From assembly GCA_028717045.1 (NCBI GenBank), contig JAQUON010000027.1:1-14230 (forward strand): a stretch of 14,230 nucleotides of DNA, in the 5' to 3' direction. Positions 6,584 to 14,230 of the stretch are shown here, piece by piece. The notes beneath the pieces were generated by a model. The model saw only the letters and a program-made list of their open reading frames with translations. It was not told the DNA's origin and ran no database searches. The stretch is from Candidatus Omnitrophota bacterium. GTDB taxonomy: Bacteria; Omnitrophota; Gorgyraeia; Gygaellales; Profunditerraquicolaceae. Positions within the stretch are counted from its first letter, which is position 1. Each line of letters begins with the position of its first letter. The position numbers were made by a program, and so were the translations under genes.

Positions 6584-8146
6584 ATGGTAAAGATTACGCG
6601 CGCACTTATCAGTGTTTCCGATAAAACCGGCATCGTGGAGCTGTGCCAAGAGTTAAAAAAATGGGGGGTTGAAATTCTCTCTACGGGCGGCACGGCAAAA
6701 TTGCTGCGTGAAAATAATATTACCGTACAGGAGGTGTGCGAATACACGGGTTTTCCTGAAATGCTCGACGGGCGGGTAAAGACCTTGCACCCTAAGATCC
6801 ACGGCGGGCTGCTTGCGCTTAGGGAAAACCTGCAGCACCTCCAGAGCCTAAAAGACCAGGGCATCGGTCTCATCGACATGGTAGTGGTGAATCTTTACCC
6901 GTTTGAGAAAACCATTGAGAAGCCGGGGGTTGCGATTGAGGAAGCAATCGAGAATATCGACATCGGCGGCCCTTCAATGCTGCGCTCTGCGGCTAAAAAC
7001 TACCGTTGGGTCTGCGTACTTTCAAACCCTTCCCAGTACCCCGGCGTAATCGGGGAATTACGCAAATACAGCGGCAGCGTATCGCAGGAATTGATGCGCG
7101 ATTTGGCGACAGAGGTATTCGCGCGTACAAGCCATTACGACGGGGCAATCAACCGGTACCTAAAGTCAACTATCCGTAGTAAAGAAGGAGCACCCGCCGA
7201 TACCTGGCCTGCTGAACTCAATCTGCGTTTTGAAAAAATGCAGGAATTGCGTTATGGGGAGAACCCGCACCAAAAGGCCGCGCTTTACCGGGAAAAGGGC
7301 AATACCAAGGGGTTGGTTAATTTGATACAGTTACAGGGTAAGGAACTCTCGTTTAATAATATTTTAGACCTGCATTCGGCTTGGGAACTGGTGAAGGAAT
7401 TCGGCTGCCCTGCAGCGGCGATTATCAAACATAATAACCCCTGCGGAGTAGCGCAAGACGGGACGCTTAAAAAGGCATATTACCATGCCTGGAAGAGCGA
7501 TGAGCTTTCATCTTTTGGCGGGATTGTGGCGCTGAACAGGGAAGCCGATCTGGAAGTTGCAACACTCATTCTCAAGAGCGGCTTCAGGGAGTGCATTATC
7601 GCACCGCAGTATCAGCCGGCAGCCCTTGATTTATTTAAAACGAAAAAGAATCTGCGCGTCCTGCTATTGCATGAGTTAGAGCCGGTTGACGAATTAGAAT
7701 TCAAGCGCGTCGGCGCAGGGCTGCTCCTTCAGGCCAAAGATACGGCCTGCCTGGCGCAGGAAGGCTTAAAAATTCCGACCAAGAAAAAACCTACCAAGAA
7801 GCAGCTGGAAAGTCTTATATTCGGCTGGAAGGTTGCCAAACACGTAAAATCCAATGCGATAGTCCTTACCCAGGCCACCAAGACTGTAGGCATAGGCGCA
7901 GGCCAGATGTCCAGGGTAGATTCCGTTTTTATCGCAAGGCATAAAGCCGGTGCCCGAGCTAAAAATTCCTGCCTTGCCTCCGACGGGTTCTTCCCTAAGC
8001 CGGATGCAGTCAGGGAAGCCTCGCGCGCCGGCGCAAAAGCGATAATCCAACCGGGCGGTTCTATTGCCGACGATGAAATCATCAAAGCCTGCGATAGATA
8101 CGGAATTGCAATGGTCTTTACCGGCATCCGCCACTTCAAACACTAA
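6584..8146 (+). CDS. purH: Bifunctional AICAR formyltransferase / IMP cyclohydrolase
   Basis: 520 aa. N-terminal MGS-like IMPCH domain (ALISVSDKTG...LSTGGTAK...GRVKTLHPKIHGG) and C-terminal AICARFT domain (GENPHQ, KHNNPCG, GAGQMSRVDS, IQPGGSI.D). GGGGAG SD around 6570. Confidence 0.95.
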   Translation: MVKITRALISVSDKTGIVELCQELKKWGVEILSTGGTAKLLRENNITVQEVCEYTGFPEMLDGRVKTLHPKIHGGLLALRENLQHLQSLKDQGIGLIDMVVVNLYPFEKTIEKPGVAIEEAIENIDIGGPSMLRSAAKNYRWVCVLSNPSQYPGVIGELRKYSGSVSQELMRDLATEVFARTSHYDGAINRYLKSTIRSKEGAPADTWPAELNLRFEKMQELRYGENPHQKAALYREKGNTKGLVNLIQLQGKELSFNNILDLHSAWELVKEFGCPAAAIIKHNNPCGVAQDGTLKKAYYHAWKSDELSSFGGIVALNREADLEVATLILKSGFRECIIAPQYQPAALDLFKTKKNLRVLLLHELEPVDELEFKRVGAGLLLQAKDTACLAQEGLKIPTKKKPTKKQLESLIFGWKVAKHVKSNAIVLTQATKTVGIGAGQMSRVDSVFIARHKAGARAKNSCLASDGFFPKPDAVREASRAGAKAIIQPGGSIADDEIIKACDRYGIAMVFTGIRHFKH

Positions 8147-8213
8147 CCGTTTAATCCGTTCGATCCGTTATACCCGTTGTGTTTTAACGATAGCAACGAT
8201 AGTGCCGATGATG
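8147..8213 (+). repeat. 9-nt-periodic short direct-repeat array filling the purH-folC spacer
   Basis: CCGTT starts at 8147, 8156, 8165 and 8174, exactly 9 nt apart. The same register then continues as xxxAACGAT / xxxAACGAT / xxxGCCGAT (CGAT at 8188, 8197, 8206, plus one at 8161). The array runs from the base after the purH stop into the folC start codons. Confidence 0.6.
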
Positions 8214-9587
8214 TCCTATCCAGAAGCAGTTGCGTACCTAGAGTCTTTCGTTAACTACGAAAAGATCCCTTGTTATCCTTATAAAAGGTCGGTAAAGCTG
8301 AAGCGCATCAGGGACTTTTTGGCCAGCATAGGTAATCCGCACCATGCTTTGCGCTGCGTGCATGTTGCTGGTACCAAGGGTAAAGGCTCGACCTCTGCGT
8401 GTATCGCCTTTATGTTGCGCGCCGGCGGTTACCGCGTAGGCTTGTATACTTCTCCGCACCTATCGGATTTCAGGGAGCGGATACGGGTTTTATCTGCAAG
8501 AACGCCGCAGGAGTCTTTGGGCTATGCATTTGAAGGGATGATCACGAAGAACGCGTTAGCCCGCCTTTTATCGCAATTGAAGCCAGCCATTGAGAAATTT
8601 CGACGGGTTTCTAAATATGGCGCCCTTTCATTTTTTGAGGCATATACCTCTTTGGCGTTTTTATATTTTAAAGAGAGAAAAGTCGATATCGCGGTATTAG
8701 AAACAGGCCTGGGAGGAAGGCTTGATGCGACTAATGTGGTGGATCCTTTGGTGTGCGCGATTACTCCCATAAGCCATGAACACACCCGGCAATTAGGGAA
8801 TACCTTGGAGAAAATTGCAAAAGAGAAGGCCGGGATAGTAAAGTCTCCGGGCGTAATCGTAATAAGCGCGCCGCAGAATAACGATGCAGGCAGGGTGATT
8901 AGGGAAAGGTGCGCCAGGGTAGGTGCGCAATTATTCACAGTGGGAAAAGATATCCGTCTTAAAATGACCGGTACGCTCTTTAGCGTGCAGGGGTTATTCG
9001 GAGAGTACCCGAATTTAAAAATCAAGCTCCTGGGGTCTCATCAGCGCATCAATGCCGCGGTGGCCATAGGTGCTGTTGAAGGGTTGAGGTATGCTAATAT
9101 CAGGATAGGCAATAGGTCAATTCGCAAAGGGCTCAACCGTACCTTTTGGCCGGGCAGATGCGAGGTTGTTGCCAGGGCTCCGTTTGTCATACTGGATGGC
9201 GCACAAAATAAGGCTTCTGCCTTGGCGTTAAAAAAGGCAATCAGGGAAAATTTCAGGTATAAAGATTTGATTCTGGTGTTAGGCATTTCACAAGATAAAG
9301 ATATACAGGGTATCTGTAGCACGTTACGCAACCTGGCCGATACGGTTATCTTAACTAAGGCATGCACCATCCGGGCGAGCGAGCCGCAGCAGTTGTATGG
9401 CTATTTTGCCGGCAAAAGGCGTTTTCTTACCGCAGATATAAAGAGCGCAAAACTATTGGCAGAGACGATGGCGGGTAAAAACGACCTTGTGTTGGTTACC
9501 GGGTCTTTTTTTGTGATAGGTGAATTCAGGCGTTGTCTTTTTAAAGACCAATACCCATATGTGCCGCGCAGCGTTTCAGCATCTTAA
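8208..9587 (+). CDS. folC: Bifunctional folylpolyglutamate synthase / dihydrofolate synthase
   Basis: Mur-ligase fold motifs: HVAGTKGKGST (P-loop), YTSPHL, VLETGLGGRLDATN, ITPISHEH, LDGAQN. I chose the ATG at 8208 (ATG 8211 and GTG 8202 are alternatives) because MMSYPEAVAYLESF is a typical FolC N-terminus. The ORF-track start at 8064 would overlap purH by 83 nt. Confidence 0.85.
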   Translation: MMSYPEAVAYLESFVNYEKIPCYPYKRSVKLKRIRDFLASIGNPHHALRCVHVAGTKGKGSTSACIAFMLRAGGYRVGLYTSPHLSDFRERIRVLSARTPQESLGYAFEGMITKNALARLLSQLKPAIEKFRRVSKYGALSFFEAYTSLAFLYFKERKVDIAVLETGLGGRLDATNVVDPLVCAITPISHEHTRQLGNTLEKIAKEKAGIVKSPGVIVISAPQNNDAGRVIRERCARVGAQLFTVGKDIRLKMTGTLFSVQGLFGEYPNLKIKLLGSHQRINAAVAIGAVEGLRYANIRIGNRSIRKGLNRTFWPGRCEVVARAPFVILDGAQNKASALALKKAIRENFRYKDLILVLGISQDKDIQGICSTLRNLADTVILTKACTIRASEPQQLYGYFAGKRRFLTADIKSAKLLAETMAGKNDLVLVTGSFFVIGEFRRCLFKDQYPYVPRSVSAS

Positions 9588-9602
9588 CAAATAAGGTATG
9601 CC

Positions 9603-10991
9603 ATGTCGAGCGTGATACTGCAGGAAACTATCGCGGCTATCATTACCGCGTTCGGCGGATCCGCGATCGGTGTTATCAGAATCAGCGGGAAAGACGCGAT
9701 ATCTATTGCGGATACTATTTTTCTTTCTCCTGGCGGGAAGAAACCTTCTGAGCGCAAGAGCTATACCGCCTGTCACGGCTGGATTACAAAGAAGCAAGGC
9801 GCAGAAATAATAGATGAGGTGCTCTTGACTGTGTTCCGCGCCCCCAAGAGCTACACCGGAGAAGATTGCGTTGAGATAAGCTGCCACGGCAGTATCGTCG
9901 GATTACGCGCGGTGCTTGATTTGATCCTTTCTTATAACTGCCGGCTTGCCGAGCCGGGCGAGTTTACCAAGCGGGCTTTTTTAAACGGCAAGCTGGATTT
10001 ATCCCAGGCAGAAGCGGTTTCGGATGTAATCACCGCAAGGACCGATGCAGCCCTGCGGTTGGGTATGCGGCAGTTACGGGGCATCTTGTCTTTAAATATC
10101 AACCGCATAAGGAATACCCTCTTGGGCGTGCTGTCCGCGCTTGAAGCAAACATCGATTTTCCCGAAGAAGAGACAGGGGCCTTACGTAGCAGCGAAATCA
10201 AAGAAGGCCTTCGCCGGGCAACCGGGCAACTCGATACAATCCTTGCTACCGTAAAAGAGGGCAGGGTCTTGCGTGAAGGGGTCAGGGTGGTTATCTGCGG
10301 CAAACCGAATGTAGGCAAATCCTCTCTTTTAAATACCCTCTTGCAAGAAGAACGTTCTATTGTGACCCCTATTGCCGGTACCACCCGTGATTCCATTGAG
10401 GAAACAATAGATATGCAGGGAATTCCCGTGCATATTATTGATACAGCCGGCATCATCGAGCCAAAAGACCTGGTAGAGAAAGAAGCCCTCCGGCGCACGA
10501 AACGTTGCCTTGACTTAGCAGACCTTGTGCTTTTGCTTTTTGACGGCAGCAAAAGAATTACCAAAGGCGACGCGATATTGATGAAAAGGCTGAGGCGTAA
10601 AAAAACACTGGCAGTCGTCAATAAAATTGACCTTCCGCAAAAAATCGAAACACAGAGAATCAAAAAAGAATTTTCTCTCGTGGTAGAAATTTCCGCAAAA
10701 AAACACCAGAACATACGCGCACTGGAGGAGGCGATTAAGGTTGCGGCATGTTCCGGGGCGGCACAGGATGCAGAGGCCCTTATGGTAAGCAATATAAGGC
10801 ATATCCGCGCGCTTCATTCCGCGAAAAAATGTATTGTTCAGGCAGCCAATTCATTAGATAATACACTGTCGGTTGAGTTCATTGCCGAGGATATCAAGGG
10901 TGCATTAGTCCATCTTGATGAGATAGTGGGGAAAAGGTTTTCTGAAGAATTGCTGGAGACCATTTTTAGTAAGTTCTGCATAGGTAAATAG
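9603..10991 (+). CDS. mnmE: tRNA modification GTPase MnmE (TrmE)
   Basis: 462 aa. N-terminal folate-binding domain ([22 protein letters not shown]), central G domain ([23 protein letters not shown]) and the diagnostic C-terminal FCIGK. Confidence 0.95.
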   Translation: MSSVILQETIAAIITAFGGSAIGVIRISGKDAISIADTIFLSPGGKKPSERKSYTACHGWITKKQGAEIIDEVLLTVFRAPKSYTGEDCVEISCHGSIVGLRAVLDLILSYNCRLAEPGEFTKRAFLNGKLDLSQAEAVSDVITARTDAALRLGMRQLRGILSLNINRIRNTLLGVLSALEANIDFPEEETGALRSSEIKEGLRRATGQLDTILATVKEGRVLREGVRVVICGKPNVGKSSLLNTLLQEERSIVTPIAGTTRDSIEETIDMQGIPVHIIDTAGIIEPKDLVEKEALRRTKRCLDLADLVLLLFDGSKRITKGDAILMKRLRRKKTLAVVNKIDLPQKIETQRIKKEFSLVVEISAKKHQNIRALEEAIKVAACSGAAQDAEALMVSNIRHIRALHSAKKCIVQAANSLDNTLSVEFIAEDIKGALVHLDEIVGKRFSEELLETIFSKFCIGK

Positions 10992-10999
10992 GAGAGTAT

Positions 11000-11557
11000 A
11001 TGGACAGGAAAAAAATAGAAAAGGCGGTCAGGGATATACTGGTGGCTATTGGCGAAGACCCCCGTAAAAAAGACTTACGGGAAACTCCCAAGCGGGTAGC
11101 CCAGATGTACGAAGAGATTTTCTCCGGCATGCGCAGCAATCCCGAGAAAGAGCTGGAAGTTATTTTGGACCAGAAGCATAACGAAATCGTATTATTGAAG
11201 GGTATCCCGTTCTATAGTGTCTGTGAACACCATCTTCTTCCTTTTGTGGGGAAGGCGCATGTCGCCTATATCCCAAAAGGCGGCAGGGTGACCGGTTTAA
11301 GCAAGCTTGCCCGCGTGGTGGATATTCTCGCTAAGCGTCCGCAGGTGCAGGAGCGCCTTACTACCCAGATCGCGGAAATCATTATGTCAAAACTGAAACC
11401 CCAAGGATGTATGGTGGTAATTGAAGCGGAGCATTTATGCATGTCGTTTCGCGGAGTCAAGAAGCCCGGGACACTGACGGTTACCTCAGCGGTCAGAGGG
11501 GTATTTAAAGACAATGAAAAAACCCGCGCCGAAGCCCTCGCATTGATGCAGTCGTAA
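11000..11557 (+). CDS. folE: GTP cyclohydrolase I (FolE type IA)
   Basis: 185 aa. [37 protein letters not shown] and EAEHLCM motifs. AGGAGAG SD overlaps the mnmE stop. Confidence 0.95.
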   Translation: MDRKKIEKAVRDILVAIGEDPRKKDLRETPKRVAQMYEEIFSGMRSNPEKELEVILDQKHNEIVLLKGIPFYSVCEHHLLPFVGKAHVAYIPKGGRVTGLSKLARVVDILAKRPQVQERLTTQIAEIIMSKLKPQGCMVVIEAEHLCMSFRGVKKPGTLTVTSAVRGVFKDNEKTRAEALALMQS

Positions 11558-11562
11558 AAACC

Positions 11563-11799
11563 ATGGGACCGTATGGTATCGTTTTTGTTTTTGCCGGTAT
11601 TGCGGTGTTAAGCCTGCTGTTGGGCGTCTTTATATTCCTGCATCCTGCGTCTGCAATCGAAATCCAGAGGCGGTTTTATCTTAAGATTAATTGGAACATT
11701 GAGCCTGTGTCCATGCCGAAGGAAATCCGTAATACTAAAGCAATGGGATTATTACTTATACTGGTTTCTTTTTTTCTGTTGGTCTATGTATTACTGTAA
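11563..11799 (+). CDS. Small hypothetical membrane protein (two predicted TM helices)
   Basis: 78 aa. Hydrophobic segments IVFVFAGIAVLSLLLGVFIFL and GLLLILVSFFLLVYVLL flank a basic loop. It starts 5 nt after the folE stop. I recognise no family, and coding status rests on ORF length, position and hydropathy. Confidence 0.45.
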   Translation: MGPYGIVFVFAGIAVLSLLLGVFIFLHPASAIEIQRRFYLKINWNIEPVSMPKEIRNTKAMGLLLILVSFFLLVYVLL

Positions 11800-11828
11800 T
11801 CGCGCGGACAAAAGGCACTAAGGATGAT

Positions 11829-13412
11829 ATGGGGCAGACGGTTCGGCCGGAGAAGATGAAAATCCCTTGTTTGCGATTCCGCCATCTTTTAACGTTGGCT
11901 TGCCTTGTCATAATCGGCTTCTCAATCTACGGTAATTCCCTTCATAATTATTTTGTCTGGGACGATTATTTTCTTGTCCGCAACAACGACCACATCAAAG
12001 ACCCGTCTTTTTTAGGGAATATTTTTACTGAAGACGTAGGGACCGGCAGCGGAAAGAAAATCGGTTTCTGGCGGCCCTTACAAATGTGCTCGTATATGTT
12101 GAATTACGCCTTTTCGGGTTTGAGGGTGGAGTCTTACCATTTTGTCAATATCGCCCTTCACATCCTGGTCGCGTATGCCTTTTACTGGTGTACGTTACTT
12201 CTTTTCGGTAACACCCTTCTTTCCTTTGCCGCCTCACTCCTTTTTTTAACGCACCCCGTGCATACCGAAGCAGTTACCTATATTGCCGGAAGGTCGGATT
12301 CCATGGCCGCACTCTTTATTTTACTCTCATGTATTGCCTATTTGCAATTTACCCGCCGGGTGAGCTTTTTGAACTATGTATTGATGTGCTTCAGTTTTAT
12401 CCTTGGGCTCTTATCAAGAGAAATAACCATCGTATTCCCTCTCTTACTGCTGTGGTATCACTATGTATATAAAATCAAATATCGCGTTAAGGCGCTTCTC
12501 CTGCCGTTTCTGATAAGCGCAGGGTATATAGCGCTGCGCTATACCGCTTTAAAATCTTTTTTGCCCGAGGCTGCCACTTCGACGCTGAGACAGAGGCTGC
12601 CCGGCGCATTCGTTGCGTTTGCCGATTACCTGCGCCTGCTGTGCGTGCCTTCGGATTTACATATGGAGTACGGTAACCGGTTTTTTAGTTTGCTCGACCC
12701 CAGGGCCTTAATAGGCATGTGCTTATTTGGTGCCGTACTTGGCGTTATGTATCATAAAAGGAATTCAAGCAGGCTCATCGTCTTTTCTCTGGGATGGTTC
12801 TTGCTCTGGCTCCTACCGTCGTTGAATCTTTTTCCGGTTAATGCCTATATGGCCGAACACTGGCTCTATCTTCCTTCAATGGGGATATTCATTATCATTG
12901 CGGATATCTTTTGCAGAGCATACGCCGCCGTGCGCATGAAGGCGGTTACAGTCATATTCCTGCTTGTTCTTACGATGCTCTATTCGTTCCTTACTATCCA
13001 ACAGAATCAATATTGGAGGCATCCGATTGTTTTTTACAAAAGGACCATACGCTATAACCCGCAGAGTGCCCGGCTATACGGCAATTTAGGGAGCACTTAC
13101 CGTGAGCTCGGTAAGTTTGAAGATGCGGTGAGCGCATATGAGAAGGCCCTAGAGGTCGATCCTTCTTTTACCGGGGCATACATTAACTTAGGCATTGCCT
13201 ATGAACATGTGGGTAACTATGGCGCAGCGATCAAGGCGTACGAGAGCGCGGCAGCATCTAATCCCGATAATGCGCTTGCCTATGCAAGGCTCGCTAACGC
13301 CTGTTATGCAGTTGGCGACTCGGATATAGCGAATAGCTATTATGAGAAAGCGACTGCGCTCGGATATCTGTTTAATCCGCCTTTCCCTGGATCGGAAAAG
13401 AAAACGCCATGA
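11829..13412 (+). CDS. Polytopic membrane protein with C-terminal TPR repeats (GT-C / PMT-TMTC-like putative glycosyltransferase)
   Basis: 527 aa with roughly 10 hydrophobic segments. An early-loop acidic motif, FVWDDYFLVRNN, is typical of TMTC/DUF1736-like GT-C proteins. The C-terminus has about three TPR units (ARLYGNLGSTYRELGKFEDAVSAYEKALEVDP, AYINLGIAYEHVGNYGAAIKAYESAAASNP, ...). AAGGA SD at 11820. Confidence 0.75.
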   Translation: MGQTVRPEKMKIPCLRFRHLLTLACLVIIGFSIYGNSLHNYFVWDDYFLVRNNDHIKDPSFLGNIFTEDVGTGSGKKIGFWRPLQMCSYMLNYAFSGLRVESYHFVNIALHILVAYAFYWCTLLLFGNTLLSFAASLLFLTHPVHTEAVTYIAGRSDSMAALFILLSCIAYLQFTRRVSFLNYVLMCFSFILGLLSREITIVFPLLLLWYHYVYKIKYRVKALLLPFLISAGYIALRYTALKSFLPEAATSTLRQRLPGAFVAFADYLRLLCVPSDLHMEYGNRFFSLLDPRALIGMCLFGAVLGVMYHKRNSSRLIVFSLGWFLLWLLPSLNLFPVNAYMAEHWLYLPSMGIFIIIADIFCRAYAAVRMKAVTVIFLLVLTMLYSFLTIQQNQYWRHPIVFYKRTIRYNPQSARLYGNLGSTYRELGKFEDAVSAYEKALEVDPSFTGAYINLGIAYEHVGNYGAAIKAYESAAASNPDNALAYARLANACYAVGDSDIANSYYEKATALGYLFNPPFPGSEKKTP

Positions 13413-13461
13413 GGCCATACGGCCTTAGTCAATATGAAGGCCGGGCTTCGCCAAAATTTAC

Positions 13462-13490
13462 TTGACAGTTGATTTTAAAGAAAATAAACT
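13462..13490 (+). promoter_or_regulatory. Possible sigma70-type promoter for the PilZ gene pair
   Basis: TTGACA (13462-13467), a 17-nt spacer, then TAAACT (13485-13490). This puts the TSS within a base or two of the ATG at 13498, so the mRNA could be leaderless. The -10 element is weak, so this call is tentative. Confidence 0.3.
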
Positions 13491-13497
13491 AGAGTTG

Positions 13498-13869
13498 ATG
13501 GAAAACGCAGAAAACAGCTATGCGGGCGTTGAGAGGCGGCGTTACCCAAGGTTGCGCGCGGCAGTTATCGAATATTCATTCGCAGAAAAAGACTCGCCTC
13601 AACAGTCGGCTTTTACCAGAGATGTGGGCGCAGGAGGCATTTCCATCATTGTAAACGAGAAAATAGAAATAGGAACTATTTTGCTCCTTAAGATATACCT
13701 GCCCAGCTATAATGATCCGATTCTTACGCAAGGCAGGGTGGTCTGGAGAAACCCCTCGGCATTTCAGCTGCCCCACGCGGACCGCTTCGACCTGGGGATT
13801 GAGTTTACGGAAATCAGCGAAGAAGACCAGCAGAAGATATCAGAGTACGTCTTAAAACCGTTGAAATAA
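13498..13869 (+). CDS. PilZ domain protein (putative c-di-GMP receptor), paralogue 1
   Basis: RRRYPR (RxxxR) followed by DVGAGG (13621-13638) and a C-terminal GRVVWR...GIEFTEIS block. I prefer the ATG at 13498 over the ORF-track TTG at 13462. It gives the same N-terminal spacing as the downstream paralogue, and that TTG is part of a TTGACA -35-like box. Confidence 0.75.
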   Translation: MENAENSYAGVERRRYPRLRAAVIEYSFAEKDSPQQSAFTRDVGAGGISIIVNEKIEIGTILLLKIYLPSYNDPILTQGRVVWRNPSAFQLPHADRFDLGIEFTEISEEDQQKISEYVLKPLK

Positions 13870-13870
13870 T

Positions 13871-14230
13871 ATGAATGCAGGGGGACAGATCGACAAGGAA
13901 CGCAGAAGGTATCCGCGGCTGAACCTCAATATTCAGGTTGAGTATTCGGTCATACGCGGCGACGAAGCTGCCAAGACGCAGTCAAAGAATATCAGCGCTG
14001 GCGGCATATGCCTTATTCTTTATGAAGATATCCAGCCCGATTCAATACTAGAATTGAAATTTTACCTGCCTCGTGATGCCGATCCCATCAAGGCCATAGG
14101 CAGAGTAGTCTGGAGAAGCGAGATTGTGGTTGCCGATGACAAAAGAACCAGGTTTGACGCAGGAATTGAGTTTCTTGAAATAAGCGATACCGATAGAACC
14201 AAAATTACCCAGCATGTATTCTCTTTGCTG
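13871..14230 (+). CDS. PilZ domain protein, paralogue 2 (3' end outside the window)
   Basis: Not in the ORF track because no stop is reached. My own translation from the ATG at 13871 gives 120 codons open to the window end: MNAGGQIDKERRRYPRLNLNIQVEYS...SKNISAGGICL...GRVVWRS...GIEFLEISDTDRTKITQHVFSLL. It has canonical RxxxR and NxSxxG (13988-14005) motifs. The start is 1 nt after the upstream TAA. Confidence 0.8.
   Translation, partial: MNAGGQIDKERRRYPRLNLNIQVEYSVIRGDEAAKTQSKNISAGGICLILYEDIQPDSILELKFYLPRDADPIKAIGRVVWRSEIVVADDKRTRFDAGIEFLEISDTDRTKITQHVFSLL

Noticed and set aside
8064-8207. ORF-track 5' extension of folC (a 507-aa model starting at 8064)
   Set aside because: It would overlap purH by 83 nt. 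The extension translates the purH tail out of frame and then the 9-nt repeat array (NRLIRSIRYTRC...). The conserved FolC N-terminus begins at MMSYPEAV (8208).
9932-10792. 286-aa ORF on the minus strand, together with other long antisense ORFs at 2499-3056, 8522-9025, 7729-8139, 592-1092 and 1259-1672
   Set aside because: All are fully nested antisense to strongly supported + strand genes (mnmE, kamA, folC, purH, ATP-grasp). Their translations are low-complexity and Ser/Arg/Ala/Leu-rich with no recognisable motifs. They lack plausible SD or promoter context. This is the usual shadow-ORF artefact of codon bias.
13421-13442. Hairpin GGCCTT-N10-AAGGCC after the TPR membrane protein gene
   Set aside because: It is a 6-bp stem with no following U-tract, so a terminator call is not justified.
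1-14230. Search for mobile elements, CRISPR arrays, tRNA/rRNA genes, defence-system signatures or strand switches
   Set aside because: None found. There are no transposase, integrase or nuclease-like ORFs and no long direct or inverted repeats. No intergenic space is large enough for a structured RNA gene apart from 319-553, and all genes are co-oriented with housekeeping-like content.

Overview
A compact bacterial chromosomal segment in which every credible gene is on the + strand: 14 CDS, two of them cut by the window edges. Gaps between genes are short, and several stop/start junctions abut or overlap. I found no rRNA, tRNA, CRISPR array, transposase/integrase or long repeat. Gene order: (1) C-terminal end of a UPF0280/ApbE-like protein. 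(2) A strong sigma70-type promoter and a ~100-nt structured leader. (3) A tightly coupled three-gene operon of two diverged D-Ala-D-Ala-ligase-like ATP-grasp ligases plus a lysine 2,3-aminomutase (KamA-family radical SAM/PLP enzyme). (4) A second near-consensus promoter. (5) An EF-G-2-type elongation factor G paralogue. (6) A shortened YchF/Ola1 homologue that keeps the C-terminal TGS/DUF933 domain but has lost all nucleotide-binding motifs. (7) purH, folC, mnmE, folE. (8) A small 2-TM protein. (9) A GT-C/TMTC-like membrane protein with C-terminal TPR repeats. (10) Two tandem PilZ-domain paralogues. The best candidate for an undescribed system is the ATP-grasp/ATP-grasp/KamA operon. It has what is needed to make beta-lysine and ligate it ATP-dependently, but lacks the partners of the two known beta-lysine pathways: the GNAT acetyltransferase of N-epsilon-acetyl-beta-lysine synthesis and EpmA of EF-P beta-lysylation. 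Secondary oddities are its terminator-containing leader, the pair of catalytically atypical translation-GTPase paralogues just downstream, and a strictly 9-nt-periodic pentamer array that fills the whole purH-folC spacer. All functional calls rest on by-eye motif recognition and remembered family sequences. No database search was run.
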